A stretch of 64,000 nucleotides of DNA from Opitutales bacterium (GTDB lineage Bacteria > Verrucomicrobiota > Verrucomicrobiia > Opitutales > UBA2987). The position numbers and the translations under genes are program-made. Location: contig CBDDEL010000017.1 of the NCBI GenBank assembly GCA_965226885.1, positions 256,001 to 320,000 on the forward strand, read 5' to 3'. Shown here piece by piece: positions 31,167 to 41,165 of this stretch (the first letter of the stretch is position 1; every line of letters begins with the position of its first letter). The notes under the pieces are model-generated. The model saw only the letters and a program-made list of their open reading frames with translations, made no database searches and was not told where the DNA came from.

Positions 31167-32282
31167 ATGGCGAAAAAAACAGGAAATGCAATTTTTTTTA
31201 TGGGCGTGGGGAAACCGCTCGAAGACCGGGAATATCCGCTTCCGGACGAACTGGAACCGGGCGCCATCCTGGTAAAAACGAACATTGCCACGGTTTGCGG
31301 CTCCGATATGCACAGCTGGCAAGGGCGGCGGCCCTTCCCCACCCCTTCAGTCCTGGGGCATGAAGGGGTGGGGACGGTCATGCAGATGGGAAACGGCGAG
31401 GAAAGAGACTCTGCCGGGAGTCCTCTTAAAGAAGGCGATCGCATTACCTGGACGATTATGGCGGTCTGCGGGGAATGTGTTTTCTGCCGAGAATACGGGC
31501 TGCCGCAAAAATGCCTGCATCTCTTCAAATACGGGCATTCCGTCAGTGATGTTCCGCCCTATTTCCTGGGAACCTTCGGTCAATACGTCTACCTGAAACC
31601 GGGAACCGGAGTCTTTAAACTACCCAATGATTTACCGGATGAAACGGCTTCGCCCCTGATGTGCGCGGCGGCCACAGTGGCTGGCGGCCTCGATAGGATC
31701 GGCCTGAATCCGGGGGACAGTGTGGTGATTCAGGGTGCTGGCATGTTGGGTTTGTATGCGGCTGCCTTTGCCACCGCCCTGGGAGCGCGGCAGGTTATCA
31801 TGATCGATATCATGGACAAACGACTGGAGGAGACCAAGCGCTTTGGGGCGAATCATATTCTCAATGCAGAAAAGATGCCGCAGGAAGAACTGATTGAAGC
31901 CGTTAAGGAACTGACGGGTGGATTGGGCGCGGATTTAGCGATAGAGGTCACCGGGTTTGCCCCGGTGGTGGAAACAGGGGTCAAAATGTTGCGCATCGGC
32001 GGTAGGTATCTCCTTCAGGGCGCTGTCTACCCGAATGATTCTTTTACGCTGCAATCGCACGATGTCATCACCAAATGCCTGACCTTGCTTGGATTGCACA
32101 ATTACGAACCAAGACACCTTGGGATGGCTCTCGATCTGGTATATAAAAACCAGCAGAAGCATCCTTTTTTTGAACTGGCGGGACCGCGATTTCCTCTCAC
32201 CGCGGATGGGGTGACCGAGGCTATGGGCGCTTTGCACCGAAAAGAGGGAATCCGGCCCATCGTGGAGCCCTGCGCTCAGTAA
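31167..32282 (+). CDS. Zn-dependent alcohol dehydrogenase, HpnZ-like (phosphonate-catabolism associated)
   Basis: ATVCGSD.H...GRRP.PTPSVLGHE, CGECVFC...QKC, GAGMLG and G.HNYEPRHL. Confidence 0.85.
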   Translation: MAKKTGNAIFFMGVGKPLEDREYPLPDELEPGAILVKTNIATVCGSDMHSWQGRRPFPTPSVLGHEGVGTVMQMGNGEERDSAGSPLKEGDRITWTIMAVCGECVFCREYGLPQKCLHLFKYGHSVSDVPPYFLGTFGQYVYLKPGTGVFKLPNDLPDETASPLMCAAATVAGGLDRIGLNPGDSVVIQGAGMLGLYAAAFATALGARQVIMIDIMDKRLEETKRFGANHILNAEKMPQEELIEAVKELTGGLGADLAIEVTGFAPVVETGVKMLRIGGRYLLQGAVYPNDSFTLQSHDVITKCLTLLGLHNYEPRHLGMALDLVYKNQQKHPFFELAGPRFPLTADGVTEAMGALHRKEGIRPIVEPCAQ

Positions 32283-32320
32283 CTCTAATGATTTAGAAAA
32301 ATGTAACCCAGGAGGCGGAT

Positions 32321-33196
32321 ATGCCATTAGTGAGCATAAATCGGATATTGGCTGAGGCAGCCGAAGAAGGCTATGCGGTAGGTGCCTTTAACCCCGTTGA
32401 CTATGCTTCAATGAAAGCGATCGTGCACGCTGCGGAGGAAGAAAATGCTCCTGTCATTGTGCAAATATCAGCCAAAACGGTGCGCTATTATGGGCATGAG
32501 ACATTGGCCATGTGGATGCGGGAATTGGCAGAAAAATCCACTATCCCGGTAGTGCTTCATCTTGACCACGGGAAGGAACTGGAGATGATCCGGCGCTGCA
32601 TTGAAACCGGGTGGACCTCTGTCATGATCGATGCCTCGCACCTACCCTTCGAGCAAAATCTTGCCATGTCCAGAGAAGTTGTAGAAATGGCCCCAGCGGC
32701 TGGTGTGGGCGTAGAGGCGGAATTGGGAGAAATCGTAGGGGTCGAAGAAGAAATTTCAGTTAACGAGGAGGACGCCCATTTGGCCGACCCGGACAAGGCG
32801 GAGATTTTTTGCCGGGAACTTGAATTGGGTGTTTTCGCCCCGGCTATCGGCACCGCTCATGGGATCTATAAGGGAACGCCCAAAGTCGCTTTCGATTTGA
32901 TCGAGGAGGTCTACCGCCGCACAGCCACTCCCCTTGCCCTCCATGGGGGCACCGGATTGTCCGACGATATTATTCAGCGCTGTATCCGTTCAGGTTGCGC
33001 CAAGGTAAATATTTCTACTCAATTAAAGCACGCGTTTGTCGACGGGTTTTCCGATTATCACAAGGCTAATCCCGATGACTACGAACCGTTAAAAGTGCTG
33101 GAGGCTCAATTTGAATTTATGAAACAGTTTTTGCGGAAAAAAATCCGTCAATTCGGCGGATCGGGAAAGGGTCGGGAATTAACCGCTGTAATGTGA
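32321..33196 (+). CDS. Class II fructose/tagatose-bisphosphate aldolase family protein
   Basis: YAVGAFN, LHLDHG, SVMIDAS, EAELG, IGTAHG, LHGGTG and KVNIST. Confidence 0.92.
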   Translation: MPLVSINRILAEAAEEGYAVGAFNPVDYASMKAIVHAAEEENAPVIVQISAKTVRYYGHETLAMWMRELAEKSTIPVVLHLDHGKELEMIRRCIETGWTSVMIDASHLPFEQNLAMSREVVEMAPAAGVGVEAELGEIVGVEEEISVNEEDAHLADPDKAEIFCRELELGVFAPAIGTAHGIYKGTPKVAFDLIEEVYRRTATPLALHGGTGLSDDIIQRCIRSGCAKVNISTQLKHAFVDGFSDYHKANPDDYEPLKVLEAQFEFMKQFLRKKIRQFGGSGKGRELTAVM

Positions 33197-33939
33197 AAGC
33201 ATTAATCTTTGATTGTGACGGTGTGCTCGTCGATACCGAGCGGGATGGACATCGCAGGGCCTTTAATCGCGCATTTGCCCGAAAAGGGCTGGAGGCAAAA
33301 TGGAGTGTCGATGTTTATGGTCAACTATTGGCCATAGCGGGCGGCAAGGAACGCATGCGGCATTACTTCGATCATGCCGGTTGGCCGCCGGGGCTAAAGG
33401 ATCGCGAATCTTTCATAAAGGAGATGCATGCGCTTAAAACGGACTTCTTCATGAAAATCATCAAAGCGGGAGAACTGCCCTTGCGCAGCGGGGTTGCCCG
33501 ATTGATTGACGAAGCCATAGAGGCCGGCATTAAAATGGCAGTATGTTCCACCTCCCATGAGCGCTCCGTAAATCTGATTGTGGAGAAGTTGCTCGGTCCG
33601 CATAGACAAGCGAAATTCGAGGCCATTCTGGCCGGAGATGTCGTTACCCAAAAGAAACCAAACCCGGAGATTTACCTGCTTGCCCTGCGGAAACTCGGCA
33701 TAAAGGCAGATCAATGCGTTGTCATAGAAGACAATCGAAATGGTCTTCTGGCGGCCAAAGCCGCCGGCATACAATGTCTCGTAACCACCAGCGCCTACAG
33801 CATGGGAGAAGATTTTTCAGAGGCTGATAAGGTGATTGAGGAATTGGGCGATCCTCCGGGAAACTATGTCCGCCTTTCCGATTTAATGTTGATTAACGGA
33901 AACGACCAAGATCAAATTTCAACCGTTCGCTCAAGATGA
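33193..33939 (+). CDS. HAD-IA hydrolase, CbbY-like
   Basis: FDCDGVLVDTERDGHR.AFN, GGKERM, KKPNPEIY and IEDN. Confidence 0.9.
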   Translation: MKALIFDCDGVLVDTERDGHRRAFNRAFARKGLEAKWSVDVYGQLLAIAGGKERMRHYFDHAGWPPGLKDRESFIKEMHALKTDFFMKIIKAGELPLRSGVARLIDEAIEAGIKMAVCSTSHERSVNLIVEKLLGPHRQAKFEAILAGDVVTQKKPNPEIYLLALRKLGIKADQCVVIEDNRNGLLAAKAAGIQCLVTTSAYSMGEDFSEADKVIEELGDPPGNYVRLSDLMLINGNDQDQISTVRSR

Positions 33940-33961
33940 CAGGCATTGGATTGAATTGTTA

Positions 33962-35293
33962 ATGATGCAGAACCCGGAGAAAGAGGCCGCCAAAGACCCG
34001 CGCTACCAGCGCTGGCGGGCTATAACATTCGGCATTACCTGGTTGGCTTACGTTGGATTTTATTTTACCCGGAAATCTTTCCCGGTGGCCAAGATCGGCA
34101 TCCTGGAAGATCCTACAATCGAGATCACGAAGGCATCGTTGGGTTGGATTGATGGGCTCTACGGAGTTGCCTATGCTCTCGGGCAATTCATCTGGGGAAT
34201 GTGCGGAGACAAGTTCGGACCCCGCACAGTGGTCCTCACCGGCATGTTTTTTTCCGTAATAGTTGCAGTGGCCATGGGAATGTCCTCCACCGTGATTCTG
34301 TTCGGGGCGCTCTTTTTTTGCCAGGGCCTTTGTCAATCCACCGGGTGGGCGCCCCTGACCAAGAATGTCAGCTATTGGTTTTCCAGAAAAGAGCGGGGCC
34401 GAACTTATGGGTTTTGGGCCACCAACTATGCCATTGGGGGAATGCTGGCCAGTGCCTTCGCCGGTTCTATGGCCCTGGTTTTTTTGAATTGGCGCTTCGC
34501 TTTTTTCATGCCGGCAATTGTTCTGGCCGTTATTTGGTTGCTGTTTCTGCTTTTGCAGAAAAACCGGCCTGAGGATATCGGCCTCCCCTCCATTGAGGAT
34601 TACCACGGAGAAACAGTTGACGTTTTAGCCAAGGATGAAACGCCGGAAGATGAACCTGAAGGTTCCTGGAAGGTGATTGGTGAAGTATTCAGGAACCCGG
34701 TCATTCTTTCTCTCGGCGCAGTATATTTTTTTCTTAAGCCGACCCGTTATGCCATCCTTTTCTGGGGACCCCTCATCATAAACGATAAGTTGGGAACCAA
34801 TATCGGTGAATCGGCCATTATCAGCGCAGCATTTGAAGCGGCAGGTCCTTTAGGTGTCATCTTTGCCGGTTATGCGACGGACAAATGGTTTCATTCGCGC
34901 CGCATCCCAATAACCGTTATGGGATTATCAATTCTAGCGATCATCCTCTTTCTCTTCAACGGCCTGACGGAGGATGGAGGAAAGGGAACCATGGTTTTGC
35001 TACTCTTTGCCATGGGTTTTTTCCTATTCGGCCCGGATGCCATGATCTCATCGGCTTCGGCGGTGGACTTTGGAACGAAAAAGGGCGCCGCATCCTCGGC
35101 CGGATTGATTAATGGGATGGGTTCAACGGGGCAGATCCTGGGCTTGTCTTTACCCGGCATCATCTGGGCTCATTACGGGTGGGGAGTGCTCTTTAATTGC
35201 CTGGGAGCGTTTGTTCTGCTAGCGATTCTTCTCCTACTGCCAATGTGGAATGCATTGCCTGCAACTGTGAAAAAAGAAACTGATTCCAGGTGA
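33962..35293 (+). CDS. MFS transporter, OPA family
   Basis: YVGFYFTRKSF, QSTGW, WF...ERG and NRPEDIGLP motifs. Confidence 0.88.
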   Translation: MMQNPEKEAAKDPRYQRWRAITFGITWLAYVGFYFTRKSFPVAKIGILEDPTIEITKASLGWIDGLYGVAYALGQFIWGMCGDKFGPRTVVLTGMFFSVIVAVAMGMSSTVILFGALFFCQGLCQSTGWAPLTKNVSYWFSRKERGRTYGFWATNYAIGGMLASAFAGSMALVFLNWRFAFFMPAIVLAVIWLLFLLLQKNRPEDIGLPSIEDYHGETVDVLAKDETPEDEPEGSWKVIGEVFRNPVILSLGAVYFFLKPTRYAILFWGPLIINDKLGTNIGESAIISAAFEAAGPLGVIFAGYATDKWFHSRRIPITVMGLSILAIILFLFNGLTEDGGKGTMVLLLFAMGFFLFGPDAMISSASAVDFGTKKGAASSAGLINGMGSTGQILGLSLPGIIWAHYGWGVLFNCLGAFVLLAILLLLPMWNALPATVKKETDSR

Positions 35294-35701
35294 TTCAGCA
35301 CAATAACATGAAATTAAGGAAAGAAAAAATATGAGTAAAATCAGTATGGTCATGTTCGATCTCTCAGGGACCACTGTGTATGATGACACGGGCGTTCGGG
35401 ACTGCCTCTACAAAGCGGCCGTGGAGTTCAACCTGCAAACGACACCCGATGAGATACTCCTGCATATGGGCACCAACAAAATCCACCTCTATCAGTTTCT
35501 CATCGCCCGGTCACAAGGAAAGAAGGTCGAAATTGAAGATTTTGAAAAAACGATCTACCCGGAAACCCTGGATGAAGCCATGAAGGTCTTCCACCGTTAT
35601 TCGGAGATCATGGTCAACCATTACCGCAATGAAGTTCGCGAAATAGAGGGATCTGCAGACACCTTCCGGTGGTGTCATGATAACGGCATAAAAGTAGCCA
35701 C

Positions 35702-37034
35702 TGAAATGGACGGGGAAAACTGGACAGTGGAATAAGGTGGTCTTGAACCACTAAATCCGCTAACCTATGAATGTTATTAAATCACGAAAGAGAAGACAAT
35801 ACAGTGCTGAGTTTAAAGCCCGAGTGGCCCTGGAAGCCATCAGGGGCGCTCATACCATCAACGAGATCGCCGGTCGTTTTGAGGTGCATCCCAACCAGGT
35901 GACCCAATGGAAGAAGCAGCTTTTGCAGGGAGCAACGGAGCTGTTTTCGCGCCAGCGGCAGACTCTCAGCAAGGACAACGAGACGGAAAAAGATCACCTT
36001 TACCAGGAGATTGGAAAGCTGAAAGTAGAATGCGATTGGCTAAAAAAAAAGTCTGAACAATTCGGTTGGTGAGAGGCGCAAGATGGTGCAACCACTTCAA
36101 GGAAAAATCAGTATCGGCAGGCAATGTCAGTTGCTGGGGCTGGCCCGCGGCAGCTATTACTATCGGGCCCGTGCCCAGTGCGAGCAGAACGTTCTCTACA
36201 TGCATCGCATGGATGAGCTCTACACCCAATATCCGTTTTTTGGTTCTCGCCGGATGACCCAGTGGCTGCGTCGAGAGGGCCATGCAGTGGGACGAGGCCG
36301 CATCCAGCGGCTCATGCGCCAAATGGGCCTGGAGGCTATTTATCCGCGTCGAAACTTGAGCCAGGGGCACCGGCAGCACCGCATTTTCCCTTATCTGCTG
36401 CGGGGTTTGGCGGTCGAGCGGCCCGACCAGGTATGGTGCAGCGACATCACTTACCTGCGGCTGAGCCGAGGATTCCTTTTCTTGACCGTGGTGTTGGACT
36501 GGTTCAGCCGCTACGTGTTGAGCTGGCAGCTTTCCAACACCCTGGAGAGCCGCTTCTGTGTGCTCGCCCTGGAGGAAGCTCTGAGGCGGGCCCAACCTCA
36601 AATCTTCAACACCGATCAAGGCAGCCAGTTTACCGGCAGCGAGTTCACCTCGGTGCTGGGGCAAGCCGGGGTGCGCATCAGCATGGACGGGCGTGGCCGC
36701 TACCTGGACAACATATTTGTTGAACGCTTTTGGAGAACCCTCAAGTATGAAGACATTTACCTGCGCGAATACGCCACGGCAAAGGAAGCCAGCGAAGGGA
36801 TAGCCCGCTACCTGGACTTCTACAACCACCTGCGCCCCCACCAAGCCCTGGGCTACCGGACCCCGGCCGAAGTCCATGCAATCGGAGCAAAACCAACCTC
36901 CCCGCCAATACAGCTTGCGGGCACCTGCGTGCCCGTCTTTGGCTAAGGACAAAATATATTTTTAAAAAATAATATGAACACGATTTCCACCTTAATCCCA
37001 CGTCAAAATTGTCCAAACAACCCCGTCCACTTCA
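35702..37034 (+). mobile_element. IS3-family element type B, copy 2
   Basis: Same ends and identical ORFs as 18281-19613; 3-bp TSD CAC. Confidence 0.93.
35767..36946 (+). CDS. IS3-family transposase OrfAB (orfA 35767-36072, orfB to 36946)
   Basis: Translations identical to copy 1. Confidence 0.9.
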
Positions 37035-37430
37035 CACCGATACTGGCTTTCATCGCGATGTTACGGAGGCCATCATGGACGGACTCGGCTGGGTGCGCGA
37101 TGGTTTGGTGGATATCTCGGTCGATGTCGAGCATGCTCCCGGTGAGCGCGGGAGGCCGGCGCCCTTTATGATATACTACGCCATGATGCAATTGGATGTG
37201 CAGAGCGTCCATGAAGTGCTTAAAATAGGCGATACTCCGGCCGATATGCTGGAAGGTTACAACGCCGGATGCCGTGGCATAGTCGGAGTCCTCAGCGGCC
37301 CGCGGCCGGTGGAAGCTTTTGGAAAATGCCGTCACACCCATATAATACCCAGCGTAAGGGATCTGCCCGATCTAATCAATTCGGAGTTTTCCTAAAGCAA
37401 ATATTAATTCGTTCATTGAGAAACCATAAA

Positions 37431-38783
37431 ATGAAAATCCGTTATCTAATATTACTAACGATACCAGTTATACTTGGAGCCGAGCTTTTCTCTCAGAATT
37501 CGATCGGCTACACTCGTTTCATGCAGGGACCTATGGTGGGGGCCGTTGGGCCGAATGAAATTACCATCTGGGGCCGCCTCAATGGAACCTTTAGCGGGGA
37601 AATTGAATACGATACTTCAAAAGATTTCAGCCAATCGAAAAAACAGGCTCTTGCCGCCACCAAAGAAGAGGATTATACTTTAAGGTGGAAGCTGACTGGT
37701 TTAAAACCTGACACTCGTTATTATTATCGATTCAAGGTCGAGGGCGGGACTCCGAGATACCAACGCGGCCTGCCGCCTTTTTATACCAAGACCGCTCCGC
37801 CCGTGGGGAAAAAGGGGCACTTCAGCATCGCGTATGGTTCGTGCCCACGCTACCAACTGGACCGTACACAGGAGATTTGGACAACGGTTCTGCGGTTTCA
37901 ACCCGATCTGTTTTTCTGGATTGGCGATAATATTTATGGCGATTCGCAGGACCCGGAAATTCTGGCCGAGGAATGGCGCCGCCAGCGCGATGTCGCTACC
38001 CTTCAACCAGTCATTCATACCATCCCACAACTGGCAACCTGGGACGACCATGATTTCGGTCTCAACGATTATGACCGGCGGCATCCCCGCAAGGCCGATG
38101 CGCTCAAGGTATTCAAACGTTACTGGGCGAATCCGGCTTATGGCCTGCCGGGAACACCGGGCGTTTTTTTCAAATACACCTACGGCGGCATAGACTTCTT
38201 TTTTATCGACTGCCGCTACTATCGCGACCCCAATAAAGAACCGGACCATCCCGGCAAAACATTTCTCGGCCAAGAACAACGTGCCTGGCTTCAACAATCG
38301 CTTAAAAATAGTGCAACTCCTTTCAAAGTAATCATTTCGGGCAGCGGCTGGTCGAATGCCAAAGGACCGGGGGGAGATTCCTGGTCTTCCTATCTACATG
38401 AACGCGACGCCCTCTTCGATTTCATTCGAGACAGCCAAATAAGCGGGGTAATACTGCTTTCCGGAGATACCCATAAAGGTGAGCTCAATGCCATACCTTG
38501 GTCGGAAAAGGGTGGTTACGATTTCTACGATCTGGTCAGTTCGCCCCTCGGCCAGACACCGGGACAGGCCAATCCTAACCGCAAACCGGAAATACGCATT
38601 CGACCAGTTTTTACCCGGGAGGATAATTTCGGTCTGTTGGAGTTTGATTTAACCGGTGAGCCGGTGCTTCGTTTCAATCTCATCGGGACAAGCGGAAGAG
38701 TAGCTTGGAGACCGTTTGTTATCCGGGCCAACGAACTGGTCAATGGAGTTGTCTCCTGGAAAGATAAAATCTCAAGATATTAA
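37431..38783 (+). CDS. phoD: Alkaline phosphatase D family protein
   Basis: Signal peptide; GSC, GDNIYGD, WDDHDFG.ND, DCRYYRD and LSGDTH. Confidence 0.9.
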   Translation: MKIRYLILLTIPVILGAELFSQNSIGYTRFMQGPMVGAVGPNEITIWGRLNGTFSGEIEYDTSKDFSQSKKQALAATKEEDYTLRWKLTGLKPDTRYYYRFKVEGGTPRYQRGLPPFYTKTAPPVGKKGHFSIAYGSCPRYQLDRTQEIWTTVLRFQPDLFFWIGDNIYGDSQDPEILAEEWRRQRDVATLQPVIHTIPQLATWDDHDFGLNDYDRRHPRKADALKVFKRYWANPAYGLPGTPGVFFKYTYGGIDFFFIDCRYYRDPNKEPDHPGKTFLGQEQRAWLQQSLKNSATPFKVIISGSGWSNAKGPGGDSWSSYLHERDALFDFIRDSQISGVILLSGDTHKGELNAIPWSEKGGYDFYDLVSSPLGQTPGQANPNRKPEIRIRPVFTREDNFGLLEFDLTGEPVLRFNLIGTSGRVAWRPFVIRANELVNGVVSWKDKISRY

Positions 38784-38843
38784 ATGGCTCGCCTTCACTT
38801 TTGGCAGGAACCTTATTGGGAGCGTATCCAATAAATATAGCTT

Positions 38844-40103
38844 GTGACTGTAAATTCTCCGTCCACTCAATCTTTCACTGTAAACGAGCGGGATTACCAG
38901 CCGCCGGCCTGTCCCTTGGCCGTTATATGCATCGATGGATGCGCGGATGATTACCTGAACGTCTCTATCGAACGCGGTTGCATGCCCCATGTTGCAAGAA
39001 TGATTGCTCAGGGTTTTCGGCGATTGGCAAGAGGCGCGCTGCCTTCATTTACGAATGTTAACAACGCTTGCATCGTCACGGGCGTTCCACCTTCGATGAC
39101 CGGCATATGCGGTAATTTTTTTCTCAATCCGGAAACAGGTAAGGAAGAAATGATGAATTCGGCCGCTTATCTGCGATGCGAAACCATTCTTGCCGCAGCC
39201 GCCCGCAGCGGACGCAAAGTGGCCATGGTTACGGCCAAAGAAAAACTATTATCCCTGCTCGGAAAAAATCTCGAAGGAATAGCCTTTTCGGCGGAGAAAG
39301 CCCATGAGGCCACCGAATCTACCCACGGAATCGGGGACCTGGAACGCAGGGTGGGATTCCCCACTCCCAATATTTACAGCGCGGAGGCAAGCCTCTATGT
39401 TTTACGAGCAGGAGTTGCCTTGGTGAAAGAGGGCAAAGCAGATTTTCTCTACCTTTCCCTGACCGATTTTATGCAGCACAAATATGAGCCCGCCCATCCA
39501 GCCTCTCTTGATTTTTATAAATCGATAGATGTCGAAATCGGGAAGCTTCTCGATCTCGGAGTTTTGTTGGGAGCGACCGCAGACCACGGGATGAACGCAA
39601 AACAAAACGCGGATGGCACACCCAACGTTATTTATCTGGAAACCATTTTGCGGGAAAAATTCGGGGAGGGCATTCGAGTGATCTGTCCCATTACCGATCC
39701 CTATGTGCGGCATCACGCTGCCTTGGGCTCCTATGTGGAAGTCTATTTACCACCCGCGGTTTCTGCGCACAAGGCGGCAAAAGCCATACAGCTTATCATA
39801 CAGCTTATAAAAGGGGTAACGGAAGTTTACGACCGCCCGGCCGCCGCTGAATCTCTACAACTGCCAGCGGATCGGATCGGGGATCTGGTAGTCCTGGCAG
39901 CCAAAAACACGGTGTTGGGCCGAAAACCTGTCGATCATGATCTATCTCATGTCAAGGAAGGTCTCAGAACGCATGGGGGCAGATTTGAGGAAATGGTCCC
40001 ACTCCTATTGTCGAAGCCTCTGCAAATACCTGCACAAAAACGTTTTTCAACTGGAGGTATTAGAAACTTCGATATTTTTGAAATGGCCTGCAACTGCCAT
40101 TGA
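38844..40103 (+). CDS. phnA: Phosphonoacetate hydrolase
   Basis: VICIDG, PSFTNVNN, YLSLTDFMQHK, TADHGMN, PITDPYV.HH.ALGS, LP.DRIGDLVV and LRTHGG; in-frame 12-bp duplication at 39785-39808. Confidence 0.9.
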   Translation: MTVNSPSTQSFTVNERDYQPPACPLAVICIDGCADDYLNVSIERGCMPHVARMIAQGFRRLARGALPSFTNVNNACIVTGVPPSMTGICGNFFLNPETGKEEMMNSAAYLRCETILAAAARSGRKVAMVTAKEKLLSLLGKNLEGIAFSAEKAHEATESTHGIGDLERRVGFPTPNIYSAEASLYVLRAGVALVKEGKADFLYLSLTDFMQHKYEPAHPASLDFYKSIDVEIGKLLDLGVLLGATADHGMNAKQNADGTPNVIYLETILREKFGEGIRVICPITDPYVRHHAALGSYVEVYLPPAVSAHKAAKAIQLIIQLIKGVTEVYDRPAAAESLQLPADRIGDLVVLAAKNTVLGRKPVDHDLSHVKEGLRTHGGRFEEMVPLLLSKPLQIPAQKRFSTGGIRNFDIFEMACNCH

Positions 40104-40169
40104 AAATGACGGGGGCTTTCAGGCAAAAATTGACAGGCTTGGACTTTTATTTAATAGAACAAGCTGTAG

Positions 40170-41165
40170 ATGAATATTCCCGATCAGGAGAAGTTCAATG
40201 TTGAACTTATTAACGAGAGGAAGCTGGAAGTTACACCTGGCGAAACCCTGCTGGAGGCGTCACTCAAGGCTGGAATTGACTACCTTCATGCTTGCGGCGG
40301 CCAGGCAAAATGTTCCACTTGCCGGATCCTGGTGCAAAAAGGGGAGGAATTTCTTACACCTCCCACCGAAGCGGAAAAAGCGCTGGCCGCCCGCCAAAAA
40401 TTTCCCCCGGAAATTCGCCTTGCCTGCCAGGTAAAAGTTAAGGGCGGCCCCATCCGGGTCCATCGCCTCGTGCGCGATAAACTTGATCTCGACCTGATGT
40501 GCTGCCAGGAAGCTGTTTCCTCGGCCAAAAGTCTTGGGTGCGAAAAGGAGTTGGCTCTGATTTTCCTCGATATTCGTGATTTTACACCTTTTGCCCAAAC
40601 CCGCCTGCCTTTCGATGTAATTCATATCCTCAATCGGTTTCACCGCATGGCGCAAAACACTATCGAGCAAAAGAACGGCTCGGTGGTCGAGGTGGCCGGT
40701 GACGGGCTCTACGCCGCTTTCGGCCTGGAATGCCCATTATGCAATGCAGTCGCGGATGGCGTCCAGGCAGGACATGCGGTATTGAAAAACATAGAAACTT
40801 TCAATGAAACTTACCTGAAGCCCTATTTCGACCACCGGTTGCGGATTGGCATAGGCATTCACACTGGCAAGGTCATTTATGGGCAGCTCGGAATCGGTGT
40901 AGGAGGTGCCGCCAGTGTCATCGGCTATCCGGTAAACCTCGCCGCTCGTGTCGAGGCGGCCACCAAATCCCTCAATAACGACTTCCTGTTAACCGAAGCG
41001 GCATTTGTAACACTGCCCGAACCTCGACCCAAAACTATCTATAAAACCGTCAAATTGAAAGGCGTCACCGATCCGGTTGTTTTACACCTTTTAGGCAATC
41101 CTTATGAACTCGAAAGTAAAAGAAAAAGTGGAAAAACCGAACATCCTGTACATTCTGGCGGATGA
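40170..41165 (+). CDS. Class III adenylate/guanylate cyclase with an N-terminal 2Fe-2S ferredoxin domain
   Basis: CGGQAKCSTCR..RLACQ; FLDIRDFT, GDG, IGIGIHTG and IGYPVNLAARVE. Confidence 0.88.
   Translation: MNIPDQEKFNVELINERKLEVTPGETLLEASLKAGIDYLHACGGQAKCSTCRILVQKGEEFLTPPTEAEKALAARQKFPPEIRLACQVKVKGGPIRVHRLVRDKLDLDLMCCQEAVSSAKSLGCEKELALIFLDIRDFTPFAQTRLPFDVIHILNRFHRMAQNTIEQKNGSVVEVAGDGLYAAFGLECPLCNAVADGVQAGHAVLKNIETFNETYLKPYFDHRLRIGIGIHTGKVIYGQLGIGVGGAASVIGYPVNLAARVEAATKSLNNDFLLTEAAFVTLPEPRPKTIYKTVKLKGVTDPVVLHLLGNPYELESKRKSGKTEHPVHSGG

Larger units (their letters stand above)
35331..37395 (+). pseudogene. Phosphonatase-like (PhnX-like) HAD hydrolase interrupted by an IS3-family element
   Basis: FDLSGTTV.D before the IS; rejoins as KVATDTGF across TSD CAC; GRPAPFMI and KIGDTPADM.EG after it. 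Confidence 0.85.
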
